A stretch of DNA of 64,000 bases, from positions 2,706-66,705 of the forward strand of contig CAWCCK010000018.1 of assembly GCA_963794025.1 (NCBI GenBank), given 5' to 3'. Position numbers and translations under genes: made by a program. Shown here in pieces: positions 1-8,935 of this stretch (its first letter is position 1; every line of letters starts with the position of its first letter). The notes beneath the pieces were generated by a model. The model saw only the letters and a list, made by a program, of their open reading frames with translations, was not told where the DNA came from and searched no databases. Source of the stretch: Ignavibacteriota bacterium. Lineage in GTDB: Bacteria > Bacteroidota > Ignavibacteria > Palsa-1295.

Positions 1-83
1 AAAAAGATCCTGCGCAAGTCAGCGAGAAATTCGCGCTTGTTCGTTCCCACTGCGAACAGGCGGTGATAGAATTGCGTGAAAAA

Positions 84-133
84 CTGTAACGCAAATTGTA
101 GCGCAAAACTGTAGCGCAAACTTTAGTTTGCGA
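84..133. repeat. Three direct partial copies of TGTA(A/G)CGCAAA ending in the near-palindrome TGTAGCGCAAACTTTAGTTTGCGA, 45 nt upstream of the first CDS. The same 24-mer recurs at 41354-41414.
   Basis: Read directly: ctgtaacgcaaattgtagcgcaaaactgtagcgcaaactttagtttgcga, with GCAAAC-N5-GTTTGC inverted symmetry. Confidence 0.6.
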
Positions 134-177
134 CCTTCTATACCCTTTTAAATTTTTAGTATTACTTTTCCTCATTC

Positions 178-1584
178 ATGTTCACACTCCAATTCCTCGG
201 CGCGGCGGGACAGGTAACCGGCTCGAAATATTTTCTACGAACGGCTACGCATCGCGGCCTCATGGTCGATTGCGGCCTGTTCCAGGGCGGTCACGAGCTT
301 AGTCAGATGAACTGGAATCCGCTGCCGATTCAACTTTCGGATGTTGCGAATATCGTGCTTACGCATGCGCATCTCGATCACACCGGCTATTTGCCGCGTG
401 TGGTGAAGTCCGGTTTTTCGGGGCAGGTGTGGTGTACACCGGCTACGCTGGATGTGACGCAATATATCCTGCGCGATAGCGCGCATATTCAGGAAGAAGA
501 TGCGCTGATGGCGAACCGCCATCATTATTCTCGGCATAAACCCGCGCTCGCGCTTTATACTCCCGATGATGCGGAGAAAGCGCTCGGACTTTTTCATGTG
601 CAGGATCGTCACCAAAAGAAAGTTCTCCCGGACGAGATTAGTTTCGAGTATTCAAATGCCGGACATATCCTCGGCTCAAACTCTGTCTTGATGGAAAAGC
701 GATTCGATGACCGCGATCCGATCACGATCCTTTTTTCCGGCGATCTTGGGCGCGAAAAACCTATTTATCTCAATCCACGCGAAGCGCCCCCAGCGGCAGA
801 TTTCGTCGTCTGTGAATCGACGTATGGCGATAAAGAACACCATAACATCGACCCAACCGAAGAACTTTATGGCATTGTAAAGGATGTATTAGCATCGAAA
901 TCGGTGCTGTTAATTCCCGCATTTGCGGTCGATCGTGCGCAGGAATTAATTTATTGCCTGAACAATCTGATGCGTGCGGGCAGAATTCCGGCGATTCCAA
1001 CGTTTGTCGATAGCCCGATGGCTACGTCCGTAACCGCGCTTTACGAAAAATACACCGAAGAGCATACTATTTCGCAAGAGGAACTGAAATCGCCGGACAA
1101 AAATCCGCTTTCGTTCCCTTCGCTGAAATTTACGCAAACCGTCGATGAGTCCAAGGGGTTGAACGTTCTGAAAGGCCCGGCTATCATCATCAGTGCAAGC
1201 GGCATGGCCACGGGTGGGCGTATTATGCACCATCTTGCAAACCGGCTTAACAGGCCCGACACCACCGTTCTCTTTACCGGCTATCAAGCCGAGGCTACGC
1301 TGGGTCGGGAACTGATGGAAGGCGCTAAAACAGCGATGATCTTCGGACAGAAAATTCCTGTTGCCGCGAAAATTCTCACGCTCACGAATTTCAGCGCTCA
1401 CTCCGATCAGCGCGAGATCATGGATTGGCTGAAGCAGCTTCCAAAGCCGCCAAAGCGCATTTTTCTCACGCACGGCGAAGATGGGCCGCGAACCGTTCTG
1501 AAAGGCGTCATCGAAAAAGAGCTGGGATGGAATGTGGTATTGCCGAAGCTGAACGACACCGTGGATCTGACAACCATAGCCTGA
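178..1584 (+). CDS. MBL-fold beta-CASP ribonuclease (RNase J / CPSF-like RNA-metabolising metallo-beta-lactamase)
   Basis: 468-aa ORF with the HxHxDH metallo-beta-lactamase motif (THAHLDHTG) and a beta-CASP-like C-terminal half. Confidence 0.75.
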   Translation: MFTLQFLGAAGQVTGSKYFLRTATHRGLMVDCGLFQGGHELSQMNWNPLPIQLSDVANIVLTHAHLDHTGYLPRVVKSGFSGQVWCTPATLDVTQYILRDSAHIQEEDALMANRHHYSRHKPALALYTPDDAEKALGLFHVQDRHQKKVLPDEISFEYSNAGHILGSNSVLMEKRFDDRDPITILFSGDLGREKPIYLNPREAPPAADFVVCESTYGDKEHHNIDPTEELYGIVKDVLASKSVLLIPAFAVDRAQELIYCLNNLMRAGRIPAIPTFVDSPMATSVTALYEKYTEEHTISQEELKSPDKNPLSFPSLKFTQTVDESKGLNVLKGPAIIISASGMATGGRIMHHLANRLNRPDTTVLFTGYQAEATLGRELMEGAKTAMIFGQKIPVAAKILTLTNFSAHSDQREIMDWLKQLPKPPKRIFLTHGEDGPRTVLKGVIEKELGWNVVLPKLNDTVDLTTIA

Positions 1585-1632
1585 TGCGTTCCCAGAGGAA
1601 GGCCATCTTTAGGGATCGAATTGCATGGAACT

Positions 1633-1663
1633 TGACAAAGGCCAAAAAATTCCGTATCTTTGC
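1633..1663 (+). promoter_or_regulatory. Bacteroidetes-type promoter candidate (-33 TTG ... -7 TAtcTTTG) upstream of ftsB
   Basis: ttgacaaaggccaaaaaattccgTATCTTTG lies 20 nt upstream of the ATG at 1683. TAnnTTTG is the Bacteroidetes sigmaA -7 consensus. Confidence 0.35.
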
Positions 1664-1682
1664 AAAATAGTTCTGTATTACT

Positions 1683-1997
1683 ATGGCACGAACACCTATT
1701 AAAAAACGCCTGAAACGCATCGTGCGCTCGCCGCGCTTGCTGCTCATCACGGGAATCTTAGCGGTTCTCACGTTCAGCTTGCTCTTTGCGAACAAGGGCT
1801 TGTGGCGCCATCTCGAAATTCGCCATGAGATCACACAGCGCCGCGCGGAACTTGCAAAACTTCAGGCGGATGAGGCGAGCGTATCCCGTGCCGTATCACT
1901 GCTTCAACTCGGAGACGCCTCGACCATCGAACGCATTGCACGGGAACGCTATGGGATGAAACGACCGGGTGAAACGATCTACACAATTATGAATTGA
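1683..1997 (+). CDS. ftsB: Septum formation initiator family protein (FtsB/DivIC-like)
   Basis: 104 aa with a single N-terminal TM helix, a coiled-coil stretch (ELAKLQADEAS) and a C-terminal RIARERYGMKRPGE motif typical of FtsB/DivIC. Confidence 0.6.
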   Translation: MARTPIKKRLKRIVRSPRLLLITGILAVLTFSLLFANKGLWRHLEIRHEITQRRAELAKLQADEASVSRAVSLLQLGDASTIERIARERYGMKRPGETIYTIMN

Positions 1998-2074
1998 GAA
2001 TTAATAATTAAGCATCTGGGTATTATTGTGCGTTCCTAATTATTAACTCTTAATTCTTACTTATTAATTGAGCT
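1997..2074. repeat. Intergenic hairpin built of AATTAA/AATTAT-type short units (gaattaataattaag ... ctaattattaactcttaattc)
   Basis: Inverted arms visible in the sequence. It belongs to the AATTAnGAA-type hairpin family seen throughout the window. Confidence 0.5.
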
Positions 2075-3061
2075 TTGCTCTTAGGCGTTGATATTGGCGG
2101 CACAACGGTCAAGCTTGGCGTCATCGATGCCGCGAGTGGAAGCATTATTGCCGAGTCTGCTTTTCCCACGCCACAAACAGGTTCACGCAATGTGGCAAAA
2201 GCGATCGCTGAACGGGTATATGAAAAGCGATCGGCATATCCAGAGATCGCGCGAATGGGTGTTGGGGTTCCGGGTGCTATGAATCGGGATCGTTCCCTCG
2301 TCCGCTACCCTCCAAATCTTTTGGGATGGAAAGAAGAGCCGCTCCAAACATATCTCAAGGAATTTTTGCCGGATTTTGAACGCATTGAAGTAGATAACGA
2401 TGCCAACGTAGCCGCATTAGCGGAAGCGCATCATGGCGCGGGTCGCGGACTTTCGCATTTTCTTCTCATCACGCTCGGAACCGGAATCGGCGGCGCAATT
2501 TACGCAACAGAACCACCCCCCGCATCGTCGGCGATGCGCCCTCGCCTTGAAAAGTCGGGGGGATTATTGTATCGCGGCGCATCCGGCGGCGCTGGTGAAT
2601 TTGGGCACATCTCTATCGATCTCAATGGCCCGGTATGCAATTGCGGTTCCCATGGGTGTATCGAAGCATATCTCGGTCAGCACTATCTTTCGGAACGAAC
2701 TCGAAAAAAATTGATGGAAAATCCATCCATTCAATCAGTTCTACGGATGGAAGTGGATGAGCTTACCCCGAAAATCATAGCCGACGCTATGAATGACGGC
2801 GATGCGTTTGCGCGAAGTGTGTTTGAGGAAGCCGGAATGCTGCTTGGCGTTGCGCTGGCGAATGTGGCGAATTTACTTGACATGCACGTATTTATTCTCG
2901 GCGGCGGCGTGGCGGAAGCTGGGGAAGTTTTGTTCGATGCCGCGCTTGCTTCGCTTCGTTCGCGGGCGCTGGCAAATTTGCGTCCCGTTGTGGAAATTCG
3001 CAAAGCGCATCTCGGCAATCGGGCGGGAATGATTGGCGCAGCGATGCTCGTGGCAGAATAG
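2075..3061 (+). CDS. ROK family sugar kinase (glucokinase). Carries an in-frame ~18-aa insertion from a GC-rich palindromic element.
   Basis: LGVDIGGT N-terminal ATP motif, the CNCGSHGCIEAY zinc motif and GAGEFGHI. The insertion ATEPPPASSAMRPRLEKSGG splits the conserved LGTGIGG...LYRGASGGAGE block. Confidence 0.8.
   Translation: MLLGVDIGGTTVKLGVIDAASGSIIAESAFPTPQTGSRNVAKAIAERVYEKRSAYPEIARMGVGVPGAMNRDRSLVRYPPNLLGWKEEPLQTYLKEFLPDFERIEVDNDANVAALAEAHHGAGRGLSHFLLITLGTGIGGAIYATEPPPASSAMRPRLEKSGGLLYRGASGGAGEFGHISIDLNGPVCNCGSHGCIEAYLGQHYLSERTRKKLMENPSIQSVLRMEVDELTPKIIADAMNDGDAFARSVFEEAGMLLGVALANVANLLDMHVFILGGGVAEAGEVLFDAALASLRSRALANLRPVVEIRKAHLGNRAGMIGAAMLVAE
2511..2565 (+). mobile_element. In-frame GC-rich palindromic element, a degenerate copy inside the ROK kinase gene
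   Basis: gAACCACCCCCCgcatcgtcggcgatgcgCCCTCGCCTTgaaaagTCGGGGGGatt shares the AACCACCCCCC head, CGCCTT..GGGGG hairpin core and GGGGG tail with the copies at 14152, 28270 and 28689. Confidence 0.5.
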
Positions 3062-3072
3062 GTCACAAATTA

Positions 3073-4491
3073 ATGCCTACGGAACTTCCCATTTGCATTT
3101 CCGTCAATGGTTCATACATTTATTACATGAGGATTCTCTCGTCAATGCTCTTGTTCGTACTTGCGCGGGGAACTGTCCTCGCGCAAGAGGTGCAAGTTCC
3201 GTTCGACTCGTCAGGAACGATTCAAGTGATCAATCAGGATTTCGAAAAAAAATTAGATCTGTTTCCGGCGCATCCTCATTTTCTTGAAGCTCGTCTGTTT
3301 CGGGAACCGGATAGTGGGTATGTACTCGAAGTTACGTCGTTTGAGAACAGCCAGCTTGTAAAAGACCGACTTCCGATCAATGCGAGCACGCTGAAATTGC
3401 TGCGAGAGAAAGTCGATGCGCTGCTCGGCTCGCAAACGGCAGTTGTGACACCGTATCAAAGTTCCAGATCAAAATTTGTTCTTGGCGAGACGCTTCTATC
3501 GACCTTTCTATATGGGCCGGCGATCATCACTGCGATCAATTCGGAGAATGTCGGATTGGATCTCGGCCTCGAATTGATCATCGGTGGCTCGGGGTATTTT
3601 CTTTCTTCTGCACTGACCCGAAATGGGTCGATGACGGACGCTGAAGGTTCCCTTTCACTTGGAGGAGCATTTTTAGGAGCCGTGCATGGTGGATTAATTG
3701 ACGTGCTGTTTGCAAAGGGGGGTAATCCCGGCCTTGCGATCGGGCCTATAATAGCCGCCGCCAGCCTTGCCGAAACAGGAATAGGTTATGCGATCGCATC
3801 GCACGATACGATGACCCAGGGAACTGCCGATATGATCCGTTATGGTGGCTTGTTTGGAATGGTGGATGGCTTTGGAATGGCGTTCGCGGTAAATAATCAT
3901 GCTCCGCATGAACTGTGGTCTGGACTGAGTTTAGCAGGATCGGCTGTTGGCTTCGCTGCCGGGGCTATGATGGCAAACAGCCAATTCTACAACCGGGGTA
4001 GTGGGTTGGTTGTTGCAACCATCGGAACGTATAGCGCTTACATTCCAGCCATTATTTATGCTTCTATGATCGATTATAATTTCGCGCATTCGCCGCCCTC
4101 CGGCCTCCCGCTCGTTGGAATTGCCGGCAATATCGGAGGTGTATTGCTCGCTAATTCTTTCGTGCAAAAGCGGGATTTCTCGACTTCGGATGGAACCACC
4201 GTTATTCTCGGTACAACGGCAGGATGTCTTATCGGAAGCGGCTTGGGAGCTATCTTGATTTCGCAAAAAGCACTGAGCAATTCGCTATGGGCATTTTCGA
4301 TTCCCTCCATTGTTGGCACCGTTGCGGGCTTTGGTATAAGCCTTGCAAGCCTCGGCAATGGCACTGACAAAACATCTACCGGTTGGAAATTCGATGCCAA
4401 TCCCGCCGCGCTTATGGGCGCATTGATGCCGAAGCATGAGAATAACGCGCCGGTTTCTGTGCCCATTTTTTCAGCAAGCTGCAAGTTCTAA
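3073..4491 (+). CDS. Hypothetical glycine-rich integral membrane protein (signal peptide and multiple G/A-rich helices)
   Basis: 472-aa ORF with N-terminal hydrophobic signal and repeated GxxxG-rich hydrophobic segments. No recognisable catalytic motif. Confidence 0.4.
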   Translation: MPTELPICISVNGSYIYYMRILSSMLLFVLARGTVLAQEVQVPFDSSGTIQVINQDFEKKLDLFPAHPHFLEARLFREPDSGYVLEVTSFENSQLVKDRLPINASTLKLLREKVDALLGSQTAVVTPYQSSRSKFVLGETLLSTFLYGPAIITAINSENVGLDLGLELIIGGSGYFLSSALTRNGSMTDAEGSLSLGGAFLGAVHGGLIDVLFAKGGNPGLAIGPIIAAASLAETGIGYAIASHDTMTQGTADMIRYGGLFGMVDGFGMAFAVNNHAPHELWSGLSLAGSAVGFAAGAMMANSQFYNRGSGLVVATIGTYSAYIPAIIYASMIDYNFAHSPPSGLPLVGIAGNIGGVLLANSFVQKRDFSTSDGTTVILGTTAGCLIGSGLGAILISQKALSNSLWAFSIPSIVGTVAGFGISLASLGNGTDKTSTGWKFDANPAALMGALMPKHENNAPVSVPIFSASCKF

Positions 4492-4515
4492 CGCTCATGT
4501 GTCGTATCTTTGTAG
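4480..4515 (+). promoter_or_regulatory. Bacteroidetes-type -7 element (TATCTTTG) 15 nt upstream of the pyrF start
   Basis: gtcgTATCTTTGtagaaaattaattctATG. Confidence 0.3.
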
Positions 4516-4527
4516 AAAATTAATTCT

Positions 4528-5310
4528 ATGACCTTCCTCGAAAAAATAAAAGCGGCTCAGACAAAAAGCCATTCCATGCTGTGCGTCGGATTAGATACCG
4601 ACTGGAAAACCATTCCCGAAATTCTGAAGAACGAGCCGAATCCTGTGGCAGCGTTCAATCGCGCTATCATCGACGCAACGAGCGATCTCGCGTGTTGCTA
4701 TAAATTGCAGATGGCCTATTATGAAGCGTACGGAACGAAAGGTATCGAAGCAGTGGAGCAAACGCTCGCGCATATTCCGGCGCACATTCTCACCATTGGT
4801 GATGTAAAGCGCGGTGACATCGGCGCGACAAGCGAGAAATACGCTTACACCTATCAGGAATTGTTCCCATTCGATGCGATCACCATTAACCCGCTGATGG
4901 GATTCGATGGCATCGAACCATTCATGCGACGTGAGGATAGAGGCGTGTTCTTTCTCGGATTAACCTCGAATCCCGGCGCGCGCGATTTCGAATATCTCGA
5001 ACTCACGAATGGGAAAAAGCTGTATGAAGAAATTACGGATAAAGTCCGCGAATGGAACGCTCCGAAAAAGAATGCAGGACTCGTCGTTGGCGCAACAAAG
5101 CCAACGGAACTTAAAGCACTCCGCCAGCGCGCTCCGGAACTTCCGTTTCTCATTCCCGGCGTAGGCACGCAGGGCGGAACAATGGAAGAAGTACTCGAAG
5201 CGAATGGCGATGGTCTCGCGCTTATCAATGTAAGCCGTGGCATTGCCGGAGCATCGAAAGGATCGGACTTTGCAGAAGCGGCTCGAAAAGCAGCCCAGCA
5301 GTATCTCTAA
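4528..5310 (+). CDS. pyrF: Orotidine 5'-phosphate decarboxylase
   Basis: 260 aa with N-terminal CVGLDTD and a lysine-containing GDVKRGDIG motif and C-terminal IPGVGTQGG. These are the OMP decarboxylase signature blocks. Confidence 0.8.
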   Translation: MTFLEKIKAAQTKSHSMLCVGLDTDWKTIPEILKNEPNPVAAFNRAIIDATSDLACCYKLQMAYYEAYGTKGIEAVEQTLAHIPAHILTIGDVKRGDIGATSEKYAYTYQELFPFDAITINPLMGFDGIEPFMRREDRGVFFLGLTSNPGARDFEYLELTNGKKLYEEITDKVREWNAPKKNAGLVVGATKPTELKALRQRAPELPFLIPGVGTQGGTMEEVLEANGDGLALINVSRGIAGASKGSDFAEAARKAAQQYL

Positions 5311-5315
5311 TTCTG

Positions 5316-5408
5316 GATTCCCGCTTTCGCGGGAATGACATAAAATGATCTTAGTGCGCGAAGCGCCACGATAAAAACGTACTTGTCATTCCCGCGAAAG
5401 CGGGAATC
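5316..5408. mobile_element. REP/MITE-like palindromic element with ~25-nt inverted termini (gattcccgctttcgcgggaatgaca ... tgtcattcccgcgaaagcgggaatc)
   Basis: Perfect terminal inverted repeat read directly. A second copy with the same termini and the same gcgcgaagcgc core lies at 49240-49324. Confidence 0.65.
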
Positions 5409-5457
5409 TATTCCCCAAATCCTGCACAATCCGCTAAAAATCCCATAAATCAGAGTC

Positions 5458-6825
5458 ATGATTTCCGAATCCTTCCTGCGCGAAATATGGAAAGCTCACG
5501 CAAGCTTTCTCGTTTCTCCGATCTTACTTTCGGATGGTTCGCCCGTTGATATTATTGATTGTGGCACAGATAACACCCATCGTGGAGGCCCGGATTTTCT
5601 CAGCGCACGCATTGTAATGGATGGCGTTCAAATTAGTGGCGATGTTGAACTACATATCACGCCCGAAGGCTGGCACGTACATGAGCACGATGGCGATGCA
5701 CGTTATTCGAATGTCATACTTCACGTTGTGCTCGAAGATTCGGACGAGAAAGTTGGTCCGCCGGTACCGCAAGTGGTGCTGCGTGATAATCTTGCCTTTG
5801 GCCGAAGCGATTTGTGGGAACAGTTATTCCGCAAAATGTACGACCGTTCTCCGGAACTTCCATGCTTTCCGCAGAATATCCTTGTTCCCATGCGCTTCAA
5901 GCGTAAAGTGCTCGATCAATTCGGGCATGCTCGTCTTGAAGAATTAATTGATCGCGTTACCATTTCCGAGCGCGAAATTCCATCGGAATCAGACATGCTT
6001 GAGCGAGTCTATCAGCTTACGATGGATGCGTTAGGCTATTCGCAAAATCGGGTTCCATTCCGAGAACTTTCTGCGCTCTTGCCCCTATCGCGTCTGCGAT
6101 TTGCGCGTGAAGCTTTTAGTGAGAACAGGAGTATCTCATTGGAAGCCGTCTTTTTCGGCGTCGCCGGACTTTTGCCGAAACCATCCCTCGAATTCGACAA
6201 CGAGACGAACGAATATCTCCTCGAACTGAACGCGCGATGGAATGCCATTCAGCAATCCCTCCGATTTCCGGAAGTGCTTGCCGAGCACGATTGGGCGTTC
6301 TTTCGGATTCGTCCGGCGAATAGTCCGCACCGGCGCATTGCGCTTGCGGCTGTATTGGCGGAGAAGTATTTCAGTCGGTCAGAATGGGATTTTCGGCACA
6401 ATTTCTTCGATAAAGGCCCAATCGTAAATTTAGGCGATAGCCCTTATTGGGAAACGCACACCTCATTTGCGTCGAAATTACCCGCTCCACAATCGCTTTT
6501 GGGCGAGGAGCGTGGTTCGGCAATATGGCTGAATGTCGTTATTCCTGCACGAATAGCAAGGCTGCGAACAGAGCCGGAAAATCCTTCACTACGGCGGAGC
6601 GAGCGCGAATTGATCGAAGAATGGGGAAGCGCGCGGACACAATCGAGCGCAAAATACCTTTCTGTGATCGAACAGGAACTTCTGGAAGGCGAAAACGTTA
6701 AATCCGTCCGCTCCGAACAGGGTGCGCTTTTACTTCAGAGAAACTTCTGTCAGAAGCTACGCTGTTCTGAGTGTCCCATCGGTCATCGCCTGATAGAAAA
6801 GGGATGGCGGGTGGGGAAAGTATGA
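5458..6825 (+). CDS. DUF2851 family protein
   Basis: 455 aa. The N-terminal FL..W....F........G..V.I...G..N...GPDF..A.I...G....G.VE.H...S.W..H.H..D..Y.NVILHVV pattern matches the DUF2851 family common in Bacteroidota. Confidence 0.5.
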   Translation: MISESFLREIWKAHASFLVSPILLSDGSPVDIIDCGTDNTHRGGPDFLSARIVMDGVQISGDVELHITPEGWHVHEHDGDARYSNVILHVVLEDSDEKVGPPVPQVVLRDNLAFGRSDLWEQLFRKMYDRSPELPCFPQNILVPMRFKRKVLDQFGHARLEELIDRVTISEREIPSESDMLERVYQLTMDALGYSQNRVPFRELSALLPLSRLRFAREAFSENRSISLEAVFFGVAGLLPKPSLEFDNETNEYLLELNARWNAIQQSLRFPEVLAEHDWAFFRIRPANSPHRRIALAAVLAEKYFSRSEWDFRHNFFDKGPIVNLGDSPYWETHTSFASKLPAPQSLLGEERGSAIWLNVVIPARIARLRTEPENPSLRRSERELIEEWGSARTQSSAKYLSVIEQELLEGENVKSVRSEQGALLLQRNFCQKLRCSECPIGHRLIEKGWRVGKV

Positions 6826-6866
6826 AGTATGAAATGGGAAAACGAGCCTATTTCATACTTCATACT
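6819..6866. repeat. Hairpin (agtatgaagtatgaaat ... atttcatacttcatact) overlapping the DUF2851 stop codon; possible terminator
   Basis: 17-nt inverted arms with tandem (g)tatgaa units. Followed by the tRNA-Gly gene. Confidence 0.5.
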
Positions 6867-6874
6867 TGGCAAAT

Positions 6875-6948
6875 GCGGGAGTAACTCAGTTGGTAGAGTG
6901 CGACCTTGCCAAGGTCGATGTCGCGGGTTCAAGTCCCGTCTCCCGCTC
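6875..6948 (+). tRNA. tRNA-Gly (anticodon GCC)
   Basis: 74-nt cloverleaf: acceptor gcgggag/ctcccgc, anticodon stem cgacc/ggtcg with loop ttGCCaa, T-loop ttcaagt. No encoded CCA. Confidence 0.85.
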
Positions 6949-6954
6949 TACGGG

Positions 6955-6990
6955 GAAATTATGAATGATGAATTATGAATGATGAGTTGA
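6955..6990 (+). repeat. Single-arm copy of the AATTATGAATGATGA tandem unit (x2), identical to the hairpin arms at 8833 and 8905. It supplies the start codons of the following ORF.
   Basis: ggaaattatgaatgatgaattatgaatgatgag. Confidence 0.5.
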
Positions 6991-7157
6991 AATTTAAGTA
7001 TAGCAGCGATATTGATGCACTTTGGATAGACATTCAAGAGGGCATAGTCAATGACACGATCGAAATCGCGCAAGATTTATTCGTCGATTTTGATGAGAAT
7101 AGGAATATTTTAGCGATTGAAATGCTGGATGCTTCAAGAATTGTAAATGATGTTTGA
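6975..7157 (+). CDS. DUF2283 domain protein (small protein usually partnered with a DUF4258 toxin); orphan copy
   Basis: 60 aa: KYSSDIDALWIDI..G.......I..D..VDFDENRNILAIEMLDAS matches the DUF2283 pattern (Y..e.DalYI.l........e.....i.D.d..g.ivGIEildAs). Confidence 0.6.
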   Translation: MNDELKFKYSSDIDALWIDIQEGIVNDTIEIAQDLFVDFDENRNILAIEMLDASRIVNDV

Positions 7158-7190
7158 CTATTAGAGGTCTTTTGCGGAAGCACATAAAGT

Positions 7191-8396
7191 AATGCCCACT
7201 CCTCAAGATTTAGCCGCCGAATTATCTCAAGAGCGATTTCGCACTGACATCGCTGCTTGAATTCGCGCGCACGCTTACGCCCGATCTTGGGCCGAGCGGG
7301 ATTATCCGCAGCGTGCTCCGGACGGTCATGGGCAAATCGCTTATCAAGGAAGCCATTGCGTATCTCGGCACCGTGGATGGCGAGCGATATGAATTAGTTG
7401 CTCGCGCCGGATTTGACCATCTCAAGCTTTCGGAATCGGTCGATCGCAGAAAACCTTGACGAACTAATCGCAAAAATATCGGAGCCATTTACCGCCGTTC
7501 CGCTTATGACTGCCGATGGCACGGGCTATCTCGGATTGCTCGCGCTTGGCCCATCCATCAACCCGAAATTAAGCGGCGATTCCGAAGCAACGTATCTCGC
7601 ATCGCTTGCTGCGCTTACATCCATTGCACTGACGAATGCGTGGTTATTTGAGCGAGAAAAAGAACGAGAGCGATTAGAATCCGAATTACGACTTGCGAGA
7701 GATATTCAAGAATCACTGCTTCCGCAACAGTTGCCGAAGATTGCCGGAGTCGAGTTCGCTGCGATGTCGCGGCCTTCCGAATGGGTCGGCGGCGATTATT
7801 ACGATGTTATTCAATTAGATGAAAATCGCGTGCTTCTTGCTATTGCCGATGTTGTTGGCAAGGGCGTAACGGCTGCGCTTACGATGTCCAATTTGCAGGC
7901 TGCGCTCCGTGCATTAGTAACCATGCTTCGGGCGGGACATTTAACACTGCTCGATGTCGTAAAAGAATTGAACCGCCTGATGTGCGAAAGCACCGCACCG
8001 GAGCGATTCATTACCGCCGCGTTCGTTGTGCTCGATATTCATCGCCATACGATGGAAACGGTTGTTTGCGGCCATCCAAATCCGATCATAATATCACCCG
8101 AACGCCAACCCGTTATTGCAGAAAGCACCGGCATCCCGCTTGGGATCATCCCAACATTTCCGTATGAATCTCGAAATTACCATTTATCGCGAGGCACCCT
8201 GATCGTACTTTACACCGATGGCTTATCCGAAGCATTCTACGGAGATGCTCTTCTTGGAGAACATGGCACGATTCAACTGGCATTAAAAGCGTTGCAACAG
8301 CAAGGGAGCCTTCAGCAGATATTAGAAGAAATGGGGCGTTCCGAGCAAATATCCATCGAAGATGATATCACGGTCTTAGCGGTTCGCATGAAGTGA
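7191..8396 (+). pseudogene. GAF-PP2C (SpoIIE/RsbU-type) serine phosphatase with two frameshifts in the N-terminal GAF region
   Basis: Frame 0 (7191-7259) encodes MPTPQDLAAELSQERFRTDIAA and then hits a stop. Frame +1 (7258-7460) continues with EFARTLTPDLGPSGIIRSVLRTVMGKSLIKEAIAYLGTVDGERYELVARAGFDHLKLSES. The third frame (ORF 7398-8396) carries the rest of the GAF domain and a complete PP2C domain (GGDYYDV...DVVGKG...LYTDGL). Joining the frames reads naturally (..TDIAA-LEFARTL..). Confidence 0.5.
7398..8396 (+). CDS. PP2C-family serine phosphatase domain (longest intact ORF of the disrupted gene above)
   Basis: SpoIIE/PP2C motifs: GGDYYD, ADVVGKG, YTDGLSEA. Confidence 0.7.
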   Translation: MLAPDLTISSFRNRSIAENLDELIAKISEPFTAVPLMTADGTGYLGLLALGPSINPKLSGDSEATYLASLAALTSIALTNAWLFEREKERERLESELRLARDIQESLLPQQLPKIAGVEFAAMSRPSEWVGGDYYDVIQLDENRVLLAIADVVGKGVTAALTMSNLQAALRALVTMLRAGHLTLLDVVKELNRLMCESTAPERFITAAFVVLDIHRHTMETVVCGHPNPIIISPERQPVIAESTGIPLGIIPTFPYESRNYHLSRGTLIVLYTDGLSEAFYGDALLGEHGTIQLALKALQQQGSLQQILEEMGRSEQISIEDDITVLAVRMK

Positions 8397-8544
8397 TAGA
8401 ATTGAAGCATTACCAAATTCATTGAAAGCGAACTTGTAACGGAAGCCGCCTGTTACCTCGCTCCGCGTCAGGCAGAACCACGATTACACGGATTGGATGG
8501 ATTTTCTGGATTATGCAATAATCCTTAAAATTCTCAAAGTCAAT

Positions 8545-8578
8545 AGCGTAATCAGCTCAGATCAGCGTAATCCAGGTT
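8545..8578 (+). repeat. GCGTAATCCAGGT box, copy 1 (agcgtaatcagctcagatcagcgtaatccaggtt), abutting the 5' end of tRNA-Arg
   Basis: Tandem half-site plus full 13-mer. The same composite recurs at 10393, 37408 and 44436, all on the + strand. Confidence 0.6.
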
Positions 8579-8652
8579 GCGCCCGTAGCTCAGGTGGATA
8601 GAGCAACAGCCTTCTAAGCTGTGGGTCGCTGGTTCGAGTCCAGCCGGGCGCA
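8579..8652 (+). tRNA. tRNA-Arg (anticodon TCT)
   Basis: Acceptor gcgcccg/cgggcgc, D-arm gctcaggtggatagagc, anticodon stem acagc/gctgt with loop ctTCTaa, T-loop ttcgagt. Confidence 0.85.
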
Positions 8653-8654
8653 CG

Positions 8655-8745
8655 ATTTTTGCAATTATGAATTATGAATTATGAATTATGAAAGGGGAAT
8701 AGCGTCCTTTTTCATAATTCATAATTCATAATTCATAATTGCCCA
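8655..8745. repeat. Hairpin whose arms are tandem AATTATG heptamers (x3 / x4) around a 25-nt loop, between tRNA-Arg and tRNA-His
   Basis: gcaattatgaattatgaattatgaaagg ... cctttttcataattcataattcataattcataattgc. Confidence 0.65.
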
Positions 8746-8749
8746 TCAT

Positions 8750-8824
8750 GGTGGGCGTAGCTCAGTTGGTTAGAGCGCCAGGTTGTGGCCCTGGAGGTCG
8801 TGGGTTCGAAGCCCATCGCTCACC
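8750..8824 (+). tRNA. tRNA-His (anticodon GTG) with encoded G-1
   Basis: G(-1) then acceptor gtgggcg/cgctcac with discriminator C. Anticodon stem ccagg/cctgg with loop ttGTGgc, T-loop ttcgaag. Followed by CCA. Confidence 0.8.
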
Positions 8825-8825
8825 C

Positions 8826-8935
8826 CATTTTTGGACAATTATGAATGATGAATTATGAATGATGAAGGTTGTTCGCCACTTTCTCATTGCCTGTTTTCTT
8901 AATTCATAATTCATCATTCATAATTTCATCCCATG
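8826..8935. repeat. Hairpin with AATTATGAATGATGAATTATGAATGATGA arms (inverted) between tRNA-His and gltX
   Basis: Left arm caattatgaatgatgaattatgaatgatgaagg. Right arm cttaattcataattcatcattcataatttcatcc. Confidence 0.6.

Noticed and set aside
235-1473. Antisense ORFs 235-615, 770-1000, 946-1473 and 1041-1265 inside the RNase J-like gene
   Set aside because: Fully overlapped by a well-supported + strand gene. The products are Arg-rich low-complexity sequence typical of antisense frames in GC-rich DNA.
8655-8935. Possible CRISPR array near the tRNAs
   Set aside because: The repeat unit is only 7 nt and is arranged as inverted arms of hairpins. There are no 25-40-nt direct repeats with unique spacers and no cas genes.
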